A stretch of DNA of 64,000 bases from Caenimonas sp. (GCA_040376925.1 JBEIPU010000003.1:1798-65797); one strand, 5' to 3'. Counted from the first letter of the stretch, positions 1 through 10,016 are shown. Notes: a model not told the origin generated them from the letters alone. Translations and numbers: made by a program.

Positions 1-851
1 ACTACTACGTGCCCCAACCCTCGCGCCACCCCGTGATGGCTGCCATCGGGCTGTTCTTTGTGATTCTGGGCGCCGGCCAGTGGATCAACGGCCACGGCTG
101 GGGCATGTACTCGCTGTTCTTCGGCCTGGCATGGTGGCTGTTCGTGCTGTACCAGTGGTTTGGCCAGGCGGTCGGCGAGAGCGAAGGCGGCCAGTACGGC
201 TACAAGGTGGACCTGTCGTTCCGCTGGAGCATGAGCTGGTTCATCTTCTCGGAAGTCATGTTCTTCGGCGCCTTTTTCACCGCGCTGTGGTGGGCGCGCG
301 CGCATTCCGTGCCCGCGCTGGGCAGCCTGGAAAACGCCCTGCTGTGGCCCGACTTCAAGGCCGTGTGGCCCAGCGTCGTCGCCGGCGCCACGGCCTCGCC
401 GGCCGGCATCGTCGAGCCCTTCCAGACCATGGGTCCGTTCTGGCTGCCCACGATCAACACCGCGCTGCTGCTGACCTCGGGCGTGACGCTGACCATCGCC
501 CACCACGCCCTGCGTGAGAACCAGCGCGGCAAGACCATCGCCTTCATGTGGATCACCGTACTGCTGGGCGTGACCTTCCTGGGCGTGCAGGGCTATGAAT
601 ACTTCCATGCCTACACCGACCTGAACCTCAAGCTGTCCTCGGGCATCTTTGGCTCCACCTTCTTCATGCTCACCGGCTTCCACGGCTTTCACGTGTTCGT
701 CGGCATGCTGATGCTGCTGTTCATCACGCTGCGCCTGCAAAAGGGCCACTTCACCGCCGACAGGCATTTCGGCTTTGAAGGCGCTGCCTGGTACTGGCAC
801 TTCGTTGACGTGGTCTGGCTGGGCCTGTATGTGCTGGTCTACTGGATGTAA
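1..851 (+). CDS. ctaE: cytochrome c oxidase subunit III (5' end outside window)
   Basis: Frame of ORF 9..851 is open to base 1 (YYVPQPS...). Multi-TM pattern and C-terminal HFGFEGAAWYWHFVDVVWLGLYVLVYW signature of aa3-type subunit III. Confidence 0.9.
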   Translation, partial: YYVPQPSRHPVMAAIGLFFVILGAGQWINGHGWGMYSLFFGLAWWLFVLYQWFGQAVGESEGGQYGYKVDLSFRWSMSWFIFSEVMFFGAFFTALWWARAHSVPALGSLENALLWPDFKAVWPSVVAGATASPAGIVEPFQTMGPFWLPTINTALLLTSGVTLTIAHHALRENQRGKTIAFMWITVLLGVTFLGVQGYEYFHAYTDLNLKLSSGIFGSTFFMLTGFHGFHVFVGMLMLLFITLRLQKGHFTADRHFGFEGAAWYWHFVDVVWLGLYVLVYWM

Positions 852-911
852 GCGCCGCACCCATGAAAAAAGCGCCGCGAGGCGCTTTTTTTGTTGGGGC
901 CAACGGCCGGC

Positions 912-1133
912 CTACTTGCCGGCAGGCAGCCCCGTGGGCTGGATATAGCCCAGCTTCCATGCAACCAGGATGCAGATGAACAGCAATATGGAAAAGCCCA
1001 CACGCAACGCCAGCGCGCGCGCCATGTTGCTGGTCTTGGCCTTGCCGTTGGTGCCGTCTTTCATCATGAAATACAACGCCGTGCCCAGGCTGCCCAGGAT
1101 GGCGACGAATGCGAGCGCAACCAGATATGTCAT
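912..1133 (-). CDS. twin-transmembrane-helix small protein (DUF2909-like)
   Basis: 73-aa ORF with two hydrophobic helices separated by a basic loop (KDGTNGKAKTSNMAR). Lies antisense between ctaE and SURF1. Confidence 0.6.
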   Translation of the reverse strand: MTYLVALAFVAILGSLGTALYFMMKDGTNGKAKTSNMARALALRVGFSILLFICILVAWKLGYIQPTGLPAGK

Positions 1134-1148
1134 GGGGGGGATTATCCC

Positions 1149-1886
1149 GTGAGTGCCGTTCGCTGGCGTTTCTGGCTGATGACTGCAGCCACGGCCGCGG
1201 CCATGGCGGCCACGGCTTCATTGGGCTTGTGGCAGCTGTCGCGCGCCAGCCAGAAAGAGGCCCTGCAGGCAGCCACCGACGCCATGAAGTCGCGCTCGCC
1301 CCTGGGCAATGCGCAGGTAGCCGCCATCGACAACGCGGCCGGCCAGCTGCCCCGGCCGGTGCAGCTGCAGGGGCGCTGGCTCGCCCAGCACAGCGTGTAC
1401 CTGGACAACCGGCAGATGAACGGCAAGCCTGGCTTTTACCTGCTGACGCCGCTGGTGCTGGACGGCAGCGGCGCGGTGCTCATGGTCCAGCGCGGCTGGG
1501 TGCAGCGCAATTTTGTGGACCGCGAGCGGCTGCCGGCGGTTGAAACACCGCAGGGTGCGGTGCAGCTGCAGGGGCGCATTGCGCCGGCGCCGTCGCGGCT
1601 GTATGAATTCAACGGTGCCGGGAGCGCCACGGGGTCTTCCGGCATCCGGCAAAATCTGGATCTGGCCGCGTATGGTGCCGAAACCCGCCTGATGCTGCTG
1701 CCCTTCACCGTGGTGCAGACCGGCGAGGCATCGCAAGGCCTGCTGCGCGACTGGCCCGAGCCGGCGGCCGGCACCGGCAAGCACTACGGTTACGCATTTC
1801 AATGGTTTGGTCTGAGCGGCCTCTTGGGCGTCCTTTATGTCTGGTTCCAATTCATTGCCCCCCGGCGCAAAACCCGCAGCGCGTGA
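1149..1886 (+). CDS. SURF1 family cytochrome oxidase assembly protein
   Basis: In-frame GTG 1149 chosen, because track start 891 would run through the antisense small gene. N-terminal TM (WRFWLMTAATAAAMAATASLGLWQL) and C-terminal HYGYAFQWFGLSG motif. Confidence 0.8.
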   Translation: MSAVRWRFWLMTAATAAAMAATASLGLWQLSRASQKEALQAATDAMKSRSPLGNAQVAAIDNAAGQLPRPVQLQGRWLAQHSVYLDNRQMNGKPGFYLLTPLVLDGSGAVLMVQRGWVQRNFVDRERLPAVETPQGAVQLQGRIAPAPSRLYEFNGAGSATGSSGIRQNLDLAAYGAETRLMLLPFTVVQTGEASQGLLRDWPEPAAGTGKHYGYAFQWFGLSGLLGVLYVWFQFIAPRRKTRSA

Positions 1887-1977
1887 CGAGCCGCTGGGGC
1901 TGACCGTGCATTCGCTGCCCGCGCCGCAGGAGGCGATCGCAGCCGATGCGCGGCGCACGGCCACGGGCCGCTGGAAG

Positions 1978-2568
1978 ATGATCGCCGTGCTGCTGGTGTG
2001 CGCTGCGCCGGTCATTGCGTCGTACTTCACCTACTATGTGGTGCGCCCCGAGGGCCGGCGCAACTATGGCGAGCTGATCGACCCGCAGCGCCCGGCCCCT
2101 GCACTTGCCACCACCGCGCTGGACGGTGCGCAGTCCACGCTGCCCCAGCTCAAGGGTCAGTGGCTGCTGGTCAGCGTTGCTGGCGGCGCCTGTGACGTCA
2201 CCTGCGAGAAGCACCTGTACCTGCAGCGCCAGCTGCGCGAAGGCCTGGGCAAGAACAAGGACCGGCTCGACTGGGTCTGGCTGGTGCCCGATACGGCCCC
2301 CGTCAAGCCTGAACTGCTGCCCGCCATCCAGCAGGCCACTGTGCTGCGTGTGGACGCTGCCGGTCTGGCGCAGTGGCTGGCGCCGGCCGCCGGGCGCGAG
2401 CTTCGCGACCACCTGTACGTGGTGGACCCGATGGGCAACTGGATGCTGCGCTTCCCGGCGGTGAACCTGGACGCCTCAGTGGATACGGCGTCGGCCGCAA
2501 AAATCAAGCGCGACCTGGAGCGGCTGATGCGTGCCTCGGCGTCGTGGGACAAGGCAGGCCGGCCCTGA
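1978..2568 (+). CDS. hypothetical membrane-anchored protein of the cox assembly cluster (SCO/thioredoxin-like?)
   Basis: ATG 1978 gives an N-terminal TM (MIAVLLVCAAPVIASYF). C-x3-C motif GGACDVTCEKH. Stop overlaps the ctaA ATG (TGATG). Upstream starts back to 1837 are possible. Confidence 0.5.
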   Translation: MIAVLLVCAAPVIASYFTYYVVRPEGRRNYGELIDPQRPAPALATTALDGAQSTLPQLKGQWLLVSVAGGACDVTCEKHLYLQRQLREGLGKNKDRLDWVWLVPDTAPVKPELLPAIQQATVLRVDAAGLAQWLAPAAGRELRDHLYVVDPMGNWMLRFPAVNLDASVDTASAAKIKRDLERLMRASASWDKAGRP

Positions 2569-3731
2569 TGGATACCCAGCCGCTGTACGACCTGGCGCCC
2601 GCCGCCCGGCTCATGCTCATGGGCGTCGTGATCGCGCTCGGCCCGCTGGCCTGGGTGTGGCTTCGCAACCGCGACGCCGGGCCCGCGCGGCGCCTGCGCA
2701 CGCTCACGTTGCTCACGCTGTTCCTCACATTCGACCTGGTGCTGTTTGGCGCGTTTACCCGCCTGACCGATTCGGGCCTGGGCTGCCCCGACTGGCCGGG
2801 CTGCTACGGCAACGCCAGCCCGGTGGGCGCGCGCGCGGAAATTACTGCGGCCCAGACGGCCATGCCTACCGGCCCGGTGACCCACAGCAAGGCCTGGATC
2901 GAGATGATTCACCGCTACCTGGCAACCGGCGTGGGGGTGCTGATCCTCACTCTGGCCGTTACCACCTGGCTGCAGCGCAAGCGCAACCAGGGCGGCGTGC
3001 CCGTGAGTCCTTGGTGGCCGACCGTCACGCTGGTGTGGGTGTGCATCCAGGGTGCGTTCGGCGCGCTGACGGTGACCATGAAGCTCTTTCCCGCCATCGT
3101 CACGCTGCACCTGATGGGTGGCCTGGCGCTGCTGGCGCTGCTGTGCGTGCAGGCGGTGCGCTACGCGCAGGCCTGGCATGAAACCACGCCTGTGCCGCTG
3201 TCGGCCAGCACGCGCTGGCTGCTGATCGCCACCTTTGTGGCCGTCTGGATGCAGGTGGCGCTGGGCGGCTGGGTCAGCACCAACTACGCGGTGCTCGCCT
3301 GCAATGAGTTCCCCCAGTGCCAGAACAGCTGGTGGCCCTACATGGAGTTCCGTGAAGGCTTCACGCTGTGGCGTGAGCTGGGCAAGACGGCTGCGGGCGA
3401 GCACATTGGTTTTGGCGCGCTCACGGCCATCCATTACACCCACCGGCTGGCGGCTTATGGCGTATTTGCGCTGCTGGGCCTGCTGGCCTGGCGGCTGCGC
3501 CATGTGCATGCGCTGCGCACGCAGGCACGCTGGATCGCCGGGCTGGCGCTGTGGCAGTTTGTCACCGGCCTGTCCAATGTGGTGCTGGACTGGCCGCTGG
3601 TGGCCGCCGTGTCGCACACCGGCGGCGCAGCGGCGCTGGTGGTGGTGCTGACCTGGGCGCTGTGCGAAAGCCGTTTTGCAGCGGATACTGTCAGCGCCTC
3701 CAACCTCAACGCATCGAGCCTGTCGGCATGA
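2568..3731 (+). CDS. ctaA: heme A synthase (COX15/CtaA)
   Basis: ATG 2568. [18 protein letters not shown] motif, eight-TM-like hydrophobicity, conserved His ([14 protein letters not shown]). Confidence 0.85.
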   Translation: MDTQPLYDLAPAARLMLMGVVIALGPLAWVWLRNRDAGPARRLRTLTLLTLFLTFDLVLFGAFTRLTDSGLGCPDWPGCYGNASPVGARAEITAAQTAMPTGPVTHSKAWIEMIHRYLATGVGVLILTLAVTTWLQRKRNQGGVPVSPWWPTVTLVWVCIQGAFGALTVTMKLFPAIVTLHLMGGLALLALLCVQAVRYAQAWHETTPVPLSASTRWLLIATFVAVWMQVALGGWVSTNYAVLACNEFPQCQNSWWPYMEFREGFTLWRELGKTAAGEHIGFGALTAIHYTHRLAAYGVFALLGLLAWRLRHVHALRTQARWIAGLALWQFVTGLSNVVLDWPLVAAVSHTGGAAALVVVLTWALCESRFAADTVSASNLNASSLSA

Positions 3732-4630
3732 GCAGCACCGCAACCCAGACCCTCCAGCCGCCCTCGCGCATCCGGCAGTTCAACGCGCTGACCAAGCCGC
3801 GCGTGATCCAGCTCATCGTGTTTTGCGCGCTCATCGGCATGGTGCTGGCTGTGCCGGGTGCGCCGTCGTGGGCGCAAGTCCGGCTGGCTGCCATCGCCTG
3901 CCTGGGCATCTGGCTGGTGGCCGGTGCCGCCGCCGCCTTCAACTGCATTGTTGAAAAGGGCATCGACGCCAAGATGAAGCGCACCTCCTGGCGCCCCACG
4001 GCCAAGGGCGAACTGAGCGACTGGCAGACCCTGCTGTTCTCGGCCGTGCTGTGCGCCGTCGGCTCATGGCTGCTGTACGTCTGGGTCAACCCGCTGACCA
4101 TGTGGCTCACGTTTGCCACCTTTGTCGGCTACGCGGTGATCTACACCGTGATCCTCAAGCCGCTCACGCCGCAGAACATCGTGATCGGCGGTGCGTCGGG
4201 CGCCATGCCGCCGGTGCTGGGCTGGGCCGCCATGACGGGTGACGTGGGGCCCGAGGCGCTGATTCTGTTCCTCATCATCTTTTTGTGGACCCCGCCGCAC
4301 TTCTGGGCGCTGGCACTGTACCGGGTGGAGGACTACCGCAAGTCGGGCCTGCCCATGCTGCCTGTCACGCACGGCAACGAGTTCACGCGGCTGCAGGTGT
4401 TCCTGTACACGCTGGTGCTGTTTGCCGCCTGCCTGATGCCGTTTGCCTATGGCATGAGCAGCTGGCTGTACCTGGTGGCGGCGATCGGGTTGAGCGTGGG
4501 CTTTACCTGGCATGCCTTCCTGTTGTGGCGCAACTATTCGGATGCGCTGGCGCGCCGCACCTTCCGTTTTTCACTGATCCATTTGAGCGCGCTGTTTGCA
4601 GCCCTTCTGGTGGACCACTACCTACTATGA
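3728..4630 (+). CDS. ctaB: protoheme IX farnesyltransferase (heme O synthase)
   Basis: ATG 3728 overlaps the ctaA stop (ATGA). UbiA-family polytopic protein with LTKPRVIQL and [11 protein letters not shown] motifs. Confidence 0.9.
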   Translation: MSSTATQTLQPPSRIRQFNALTKPRVIQLIVFCALIGMVLAVPGAPSWAQVRLAAIACLGIWLVAGAAAAFNCIVEKGIDAKMKRTSWRPTAKGELSDWQTLLFSAVLCAVGSWLLYVWVNPLTMWLTFATFVGYAVIYTVILKPLTPQNIVIGGASGAMPPVLGWAAMTGDVGPEALILFLIIFLWTPPHFWALALYRVEDYRKSGLPMLPVTHGNEFTRLQVFLYTLVLFAACLMPFAYGMSSWLYLVAAIGLSVGFTWHAFLLWRNYSDALARRTFRFSLIHLSALFAALLVDHYLL

Positions 4631-5289
4631 CCCACCCCCGAAACGCCTTCGGCGTCTCCCCCTCAAGGGGGCGCCCCCAGCGGCCCGGCAAAGCCGGTTC
4701 CGCGGCGGCCCTGGAACGCCGCGCATTCCTGCTGGCTTCCTTGGCCTTTCTCTCCGCCTGCTCACCCGACAAGCCGCAATTCCGCGCAATCGACATCACG
4801 GGCGCCGAGTACGCACGCGATTTCAATCTGACCGACCACAACGGCCAGCCGCGCAGCATCAAGGACTTTGCGGGCAAGGTGGTGGTGGTGTTCTTTGGCT
4901 TCACGCAATGCCCTGATGTGTGCCCCACGGCGCTGGCTGAGCTGGCCGAGGTCAAGCGAACGCTGGGCAAGGACGGCGACAAGCTGCAGGGCATCTTCGT
5001 TACGGTAGATCCTGAGCGCGACACGCCCGAGGTGCTCAAGGGCTACATGGCCAACTTCGACCCCAGCTTTGTGGCGCTGCGCGGCACGCCCGAGCAGCTG
5101 GCCGCCATGGCCAAGGATTACAAGGTGTACTACAAGAAAGTGGACGGCAAGACGCCCACCAGCTACACCATGGACCATTCCGCGGGCAGCTTCGTGTACG
5201 ACACGCAGGGCCGCATCCGCCTGTACACGCGCTATGGCAGCGGTGCGCAGGCGCTGGCGGACGATATCCGCTTGTTGCTCAAGTCTTAA
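4627..5289 (+). CDS. SCO family copper chaperone
   Basis: ATG 4627 overlaps the ctaB stop (ATGA). Lipobox-like FLSAC, CxxxC copper site [11 protein letters not shown], downstream MDHSA. Confidence 0.85.
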   Translation: MTHPRNAFGVSPSRGRPQRPGKAGSAAALERRAFLLASLAFLSACSPDKPQFRAIDITGAEYARDFNLTDHNGQPRSIKDFAGKVVVVFFGFTQCPDVCPTALAELAEVKRTLGKDGDKLQGIFVTVDPERDTPEVLKGYMANFDPSFVALRGTPEQLAAMAKDYKVYYKKVDGKTPTSYTMDHSAGSFVYDTQGRIRLYTRYGSGAQALADDIRLLLKS

Positions 5290-5290
5290 G

Positions 5291-5310
5291 AAAGGCCCCG
5301 AGGGGCCTTT
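5291..5310. terminator. bidirectional hairpin between convergent SCO and Bug genes
   Basis: AAAGGCCCC-GA-GGGGCCTTT perfect inverted repeat immediately after the TAA at 5287-5289. Confidence 0.6.
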
Positions 5311-5331
5311 CCTGCAGGGACAGATTCCTGA

Positions 5332-6345
5332 TCACTGCGCCTTGATGCCGCGCATGGCGATCACACCGCCCAGCAGGTTGGTGTCGGCCTTGATGCGGTT
5401 GGCCAGCCCCTCGGCCGACGTACCCGCGACCTGCCAGCCCTGCTGGAAGAGCTTCTGACGCACATCCGGCGAACGGGAAATCTCACTGATCAGAGAAGAC
5501 AGCTTGGCAACAATCGGCTTGGGCAGCGACACCGGGCCGGCGGCGGCCGTCCAGATCTCCAGCTGGAAGCCGCGCACGCCGCCTTCGTCCAGGCTCGGGT
5601 ATTCGGGCACCAGCGGGCTGCGGCTGACGGACGTGACGCCCACCGCCTTGAGCTTGCCCGCGCGGATCTGCGCAGCCGCCAGGCCCGGGGGCAGCAGCGA
5701 CAGATGGATCTGCCCGCCGATCATTGCGTTGATCACCTGCGGATTGCCGGGGTAGGGCACGTGTACCGGGTTGATGTTGGTCTTGGTCTTGAGCAGTTCC
5801 ATGCCGATGTGGCCCACGGTGCCCACGCCGGGCGTGCCGTAGCTCCATTTGTCACCGGCATTGCGCGCGGCCAGGAAAAACTCCTGCGCGTTGTTGAATG
5901 TGGCGCTGGCCGGGGCCGTGAGCATCAGCGGCGCGGTACCGATCAGGCTGATGGGTGCCAGGTCTTTCAGCGGGTCAAACGGCGTGGCCGGGTTGAGCAT
6001 CTTGGCGATGGTCATGTTGCCGTTGATCATCACGCCGATGGTGTGGTCGTCGGTGGCCTTGGCCACCGCATCGGCGGCAATGTTGCCGCCCGCGCCCACG
6101 CGGTTTTCCACCACCACGGGCTGGCCCAGCGCCTTGGACAGCGGCTCGGCAATGGTACGGGCCACCAGGTCGGGCGTGGAGCCGCCCGGAAAGCCCACCA
6201 GGATGCGCACGGGCTTGGTTGGCCAGTTCAGCGGCGCAGCGGCGGCGGCCTTGGCGGGCTTGGCGGCGGTTTGCGCCACGGCGCCGCCACAGGCCAGGGC
6301 GACAGCGGCCAGCAAGGCAGCGCGACGGGGGAATTGCTTGATCAT
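5332..6345 (-). CDS. Bug/TctC family tripartite tricarboxylate transporter substrate-binding protein
   Basis: ATG 6345 gives signal peptide MIKQFPRRAALLAAVALACGGAVAQ. Motifs PVRILVGFPGGSTPD and NRVGAGGNIAADAVAKA are typical of the Bug family. Confidence 0.85.
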   Translation of the reverse strand: MIKQFPRRAALLAAVALACGGAVAQTAAKPAKAAAAAPLNWPTKPVRILVGFPGGSTPDLVARTIAEPLSKALGQPVVVENRVGAGGNIAADAVAKATDDHTIGVMINGNMTIAKMLNPATPFDPLKDLAPISLIGTAPLMLTAPASATFNNAQEFFLAARNAGDKWSYGTPGVGTVGHIGMELLKTKTNINPVHVPYPGNPQVINAMIGGQIHLSLLPPGLAAAQIRAGKLKAVGVTSVSRSPLVPEYPSLDEGGVRGFQLEIWTAAAGPVSLPKPIVAKLSSLISEISRSPDVRQKLFQQGWQVAGTSAEGLANRIKADTNLLGGVIAMRGIKAQ

Positions 6346-6435
6346 GGATCGGGTCCTTAAGACGTTGGGGAAACAGGTGTCGGGAAATGGAAATCCGAGG
6401 GCAGCAATGCTACAGGGCATCGGCCTGCCCCGGGC

Positions 6436-8148
6436 TCAGACGCTGGCCATGCGGATGGATTTGCGCTGGTCTTGCGCCAGGTCATTGACGACGCCCAGCA
6501 GCCATTGAACGCAGGCGGACGCATCGCGCTGGCTGTCGGGCAGCATGGCCACCGCCACATGAAAGCGCAGTGTCGTGCCGGCAGGCAGGGCTTCGGATTC
6601 GCGCAGGCCGCTGGCCACCACGCGGGTGGCGCAGTCCTGCGCGGCCACGTCGGTCGTCGGCCCTTCCAGCAGCAGCGCAAAGTGCTGTTCGCCCACGCGC
6701 GCGGCCATGTCCACATCGGAAATGCAGCGGCGCAGGCGCGAGGCCGCCAGCACCAGCGCGCGGTCGGCGGCCTCCTTGCCGTTCTGCTGCGCGATGGCGT
6801 CGTGGTTGGACAGCCTTACCACCAGCAGCGCGCAGCGGTGCGCCTGGCTGCGGCTGCGCGTGATGGCGCCCTCCAGCCGCGCGACCAGCGTGCGGGTGTG
6901 GGCCAGCCCGGTCAGCGGGTCGGTACGCGACAGCGCGGCTGCACGCACCTGCGCTTCGCGCCGCAGCGTGCCGCGCAGGCTCAGGGCATAGAACAGGATC
7001 GGCATTTCCAGGGCGGCGCCGATCGTGAGGCCGTAGCGTGTCAGGCCGCTGGTGGGGATCAGGTTGAGCCCGCGCGCCAGCGGGAACAGTGCCATCACCG
7101 CGACGGGCAAGAAGCCCAGGGCGATCACGCGGATGGCCGGGTCGTCGGCCTGCGCCCACACCATGCCGATCAACACCATGATGAGCGCCAGCGCCGCCAC
7201 CGTCAGCAGCATCACCGCGGCAAAGGTCGGGCGCGACTGCATGACGGTGTCCAGCGCCACAGCCGCCAGCAGCAACCCGATCAGCGCCCATACGGCCAGG
7301 TCCAGCCGGCGCGAAAAACGCGCGGGCTCGGTCACCATGCGCACAAACCACAGGCCCACTGCCGACGAGATGCCCGGCAGCACAAACGTGGCATGGAAGT
7401 TCCAGGTCAGCCAGTCTGTCCAGACATGCTGCGCGCCCACCCCCAGGTAGGCCAGTTGTCCCACGCCCAGCGCCAGTACATAGACGGCGTAGGCCGCGAA
7501 CACCCGGTCGCGAAAAGCCGCCGCATTGGCGGCCGCCACCAGGATGATCAGCGCCGCCAGGCCGAAATAGGCGCCCAGCAGGAACTGCTCGCGCTCGCGC
7601 GATGCGGTCACCGTAGCCTGGTTGACGATGGCAATGGGCGTGGCGAAGTTCACGCGCGCGTGTTCGATGCGCAGCCAAAAGCGTGTGACATCGCTGCGGT
7701 GCCCTGACACCTCGAAGGTGGGAAAGCGCCCGGGCAGCGGCCAGGCCGACACGGGGCGCGTGTCGCCTGCTTCCTGCATGACCCAGTCGCCGCCTGGCGC
7801 ACGGTGGAAAAGCTGCACCCGGTCCAGCCCGGACGATGCCAGCTCCAGGAACCAGTGGCTGTCGGCGTCCTGCGCCCGCACATCAAAGCGCACCCACAGC
7901 GCCTTGCCGTCAATGTTGTATTGCGCTGCGGGCATGCGTACGGCCCAGGCTGCGGTCGCATCGGTCGCCACCTGGTCTATCGTGGCTGCGCCCGTGGGGT
8001 CCACCCAGAAGACGCTGCGCCCGTCCAGCGACACCAGGGGCACCTGCGCCGCCAGCTCGATGGGCCCGGGCAATTCCTGGGCCGCCGCCCCATGGAACAG
8101 GCCCAGCAGCCACAGCAACCCCGCCCAACAGATGTTCTTGTAGTTCAC
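6436..8148 (-). CDS. 7TMR-DISM sensor with C-terminal degenerate GGDEF domain
   Basis: Signal peptide plus periplasmic domain, about seven TM helices, then DPLTGLAHTR...ARVGEQHFALLLEG. GTG 8148 preferred because ATG 8205 lies upstream of the rpoH terminator. Confidence 0.75.
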   Translation of the reverse strand: MNYKNICWAGLLWLLGLFHGAAAQELPGPIELAAQVPLVSLDGRSVFWVDPTGAATIDQVATDATAAWAVRMPAAQYNIDGKALWVRFDVRAQDADSHWFLELASSGLDRVQLFHRAPGGDWVMQEAGDTRPVSAWPLPGRFPTFEVSGHRSDVTRFWLRIEHARVNFATPIAIVNQATVTASREREQFLLGAYFGLAALIILVAAANAAAFRDRVFAAYAVYVLALGVGQLAYLGVGAQHVWTDWLTWNFHATFVLPGISSAVGLWFVRMVTEPARFSRRLDLAVWALIGLLLAAVALDTVMQSRPTFAAVMLLTVAALALIMVLIGMVWAQADDPAIRVIALGFLPVAVMALFPLARGLNLIPTSGLTRYGLTIGAALEMPILFYALSLRGTLRREAQVRAAALSRTDPLTGLAHTRTLVARLEGAITRSRSQAHRCALLVVRLSNHDAIAQQNGKEAADRALVLAASRLRRCISDVDMAARVGEQHFALLLEGPTTDVAAQDCATRVVASGLRESEALPAGTTLRFHVAVAMLPDSQRDASACVQWLLGVVNDLAQDQRKSIRMASV

Positions 8149-8162
8149 GGGGAAATTGTTGC

Positions 8163-8189
8163 AAAAAAAAGGCCCGGAAACTCCGGGCC
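8163..8189 (-). terminator. rho-independent terminator of rpoH
   Basis: On the minus strand GGCCCGG-AGTTT-CCGGGCC is followed by eight T. Lies 41 nt after the rpoH stop. Confidence 0.75.
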
Positions 8190-8229
8190 TGGGGCGCGAT
8201 ACCAAGGGTTACGTATCCACGCGGGGCTG

Positions 8230-9162
8230 TCAGGCGTAAGCCGCCAGTGCCTTTTTCATCTTCTTCATGGCGGCCACTTCGATCTGGCGGATGCGCTCGG
8301 CGCTCACGCCGTACTCGGCCGCCAGGTCGTGCAGCGTCAGGCCGCCCGAGCCGTCGTCATTGACCTTGAGCCAGCGCTCTTCCACGATACGGCGGCTGCG
8401 CGGGTCCAAGGCCTCCAGCGCGGTCGCAATGCCGTCGCTGGCCAGTACATCGCGCTGGCGCGATTCCATCATCTGCGTGGGCTCATGGCTGGCATCGGCC
8501 AGGTAGGCAATCGGGCCAAAGCCTTCTTCACCGTCGTCATTGGGCGCCGGGTCCAGCATCACGTCGCCGCCGGACATGCGCGTTTCCATCTCGATGACTT
8601 CCTCGCGCTTGACGTTCAGCTCCCTGGCCATCACGTCAATCTGGGCGTCGGTCAGCGTGTCGCGGTGGGTTTCCACGTCGGCGTCATCCTTGAAGCCCTG
8701 CTTCATGGAGCGCAGGTTGAAGAACAGCTTGCGCTGGGCCTTGGTCGTGGCGACCTTGACCATGCGCCAGTTCTTCAGGATGTACTCGTGGATTTCGGCC
8801 TTGATCCAGTGCAGGGCATAGCTCACCAGGCGCACGCCCTGGTCGGGGTCAAAGCGCTTGACGGCCTTCATCAGGCCGATGTTGCCTTCCTGGATGAGGT
8901 CGCCGTGGGGCAGGCCATAGCCCAGGTACTTGCGCGACACCGACACCACCAGACGCAGGTGCGACAGCACCAGCTTTCCGGCGGCCTCGAGGTCGTTGGT
9001 TTCCTTGAGTTTGCGCGCGAACGACTGCTCTTCTTCCAGCGTGAGCATGGGCAGGCGGTTGACGGCAGAGATGTACGCGTCCAGGTTGCCGAGCGAGGGC
9101 ACCACGGCCCAGGGGTTGGCAACGGTCAGCGCGGCGGTAGAGGCTCCAGTCAGGTTTGTCAT
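8230..9162 (-). CDS. rpoH: RNA polymerase sigma-32 factor RpoH
   Basis: ATG 9162 with AAGGAG 7 nt upstream. Sigma-70 regions 2-4 and the RpoH box QRKLFFNLRSMK. Confidence 0.9.
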   Translation of the reverse strand: MTNLTGASTAALTVANPWAVVPSLGNLDAYISAVNRLPMLTLEEEQSFARKLKETNDLEAAGKLVLSHLRLVVSVSRKYLGYGLPHGDLIQEGNIGLMKAVKRFDPDQGVRLVSYALHWIKAEIHEYILKNWRMVKVATTKAQRKLFFNLRSMKQGFKDDADVETHRDTLTDAQIDVMARELNVKREEVIEMETRMSGGDVMLDPAPNDDGEEGFGPIAYLADASHEPTQMMESRQRDVLASDGIATALEALDPRSRRIVEERWLKVNDDGSGGLTLHDLAAEYGVSAERIRQIEVAAMKKMKKALAAYA

Positions 9163-9188
9163 ACCAGAACTCCTTTCAAGTCCCAAAT

Positions 9189-9217
9189 ATTAGCACTCCT
9201 ATGGATCGAGTGCTAAT
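9189..9217 (-). promoter_or_regulatory. 10-bp perfect inverted repeat in the rpoH leader/promoter region
   Basis: ATTAGCACTC-N9-GAGTGCTAAT, ending 13 nt upstream of the rpoH SD, inside an AT-rich 143-bp spacer. Confidence 0.4.
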
Positions 9218-9305
9218 TGCAGAGTTCAATCCAATGGATAGCGAAGTTCTTAAGGGTAAGCCCGCATTCTTAGCCGACTGTGAGTGGCATGTGAATTTTT
9301 GTAAG

Positions 9306-10016
9306 TTAGCGCATGCTATCTTTTTGTTGCTGCTGCAGCCGGCGGACCACCCAGCGCGAAACCAGCGGCACCAGGGCCAGCAGCGCCAGCGCGCCCAGCA
9401 CGCCCGGGCTGACCAGGCCCTGCAGGGAATCCAGCCGGGCCAGCTCGCGCCCCGCGTTCACATAGGCGGCCGTGCCGGGCAGCATGCCGGCAAAGCTGGT
9501 CCAGGCAAAGGTGGATGCGCGCATGGGCACCACACCGGCCATCAGGTTGACCGGCACAAACGGGATCACCGGCAGCAGCCGCAGCGACAACATATAGAAC
9601 GCGCCGTCGCGCGCCAGCGCATCGGCGAACGCGGCGGTGCGCCCGCCCAGGCTGCGCTGCACCAGCGGGCGCAGCAGGTGGCGCGCGGTCAGCATGGTCA
9701 GCAATGCGCCGGTGGTGGACGCCAGCGTGGCCAGCAGGCTGCCGCCGACCAGCCCGAAAGTGGCGCCCGCCAGCAGCATCAGCACCGCCGCGCCCGGCAG
9801 GCAGGCGGCGGTCAGCAGGGTGAACACCGCAAAGTAGCCCAGCACCACCGCCAGCGGTGCGCGGGTGTAGGCCTGGGCAAACCCGGTCTGCGCCGCACGC
9901 ACATCTTCCATGCGCAGGTACTGCCAGGGCATCCATGCCCAGCACAGCAGGCAGATGGCGGCCAGCGCCAGCAGCAGCGCCACCGCAGGCCAGCGCGATG
10001 CGCGCGCGGGCGTCAT
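9306..10016 (-). CDS. TVP38/TMEM64 (DedA superfamily, SNARE-associated) membrane protein
   Basis: Polytopic protein with DGAFYMLSLRLLPVIPFVPVNLMAGV core. ATGA overlap with the patatin stop. Clear paralog of residues 1-230 of the 24191..26353 product. Confidence 0.8.
   Translation of the reverse strand: MTPARASRWPAVALLLALAAICLLCWAWMPWQYLRMEDVRAAQTGFAQAYTRAPLAVVLGYFAVFTLLTAACLPGAAVLMLLAGATFGLVGGSLLATLASTTGALLTMLTARHLLRPLVQRSLGGRTAAFADALARDGAFYMLSLRLLPVIPFVPVNLMAGVVPMRASTFAWTSFAGMLPGTAAYVNAGRELARLDSLQGLVSPGVLGALALLALVPLVSRWVVRRLQQQQKDSMR

Noticed and set aside
2157-3743. 528-aa minus-strand ORF covering the ctaA region. The same applies to similar long antisense ORFs at 18252-19742, 14208-15521, 28273-29961, 45009-46343 and 38238-39332.
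   Set aside because: Arg/Gly/Ala/Pro/His-rich low-complexity translations with no motifs. The opposite strand encodes clearly recognisable proteins. This is the typical open antisense frame of very GC-rich DNA.
9219-9240. tRNA-like T-loop sequence GTTCAATCC in the rpoH upstream region.
   Set aside because: No flanking complementary T-stem, acceptor stem or anticodon arm can be drawn, so this is an isolated motif only.
9221-9249. GAACTT / GAACTC motifs (minus strand) resembling a sigma-E -35 element upstream of rpoH.
   Set aside because: No TCTGA-like -10 lies at the required spacing of about 16 nt; the nearest TCTGC is 20 nt away. A promoter call cannot be supported.
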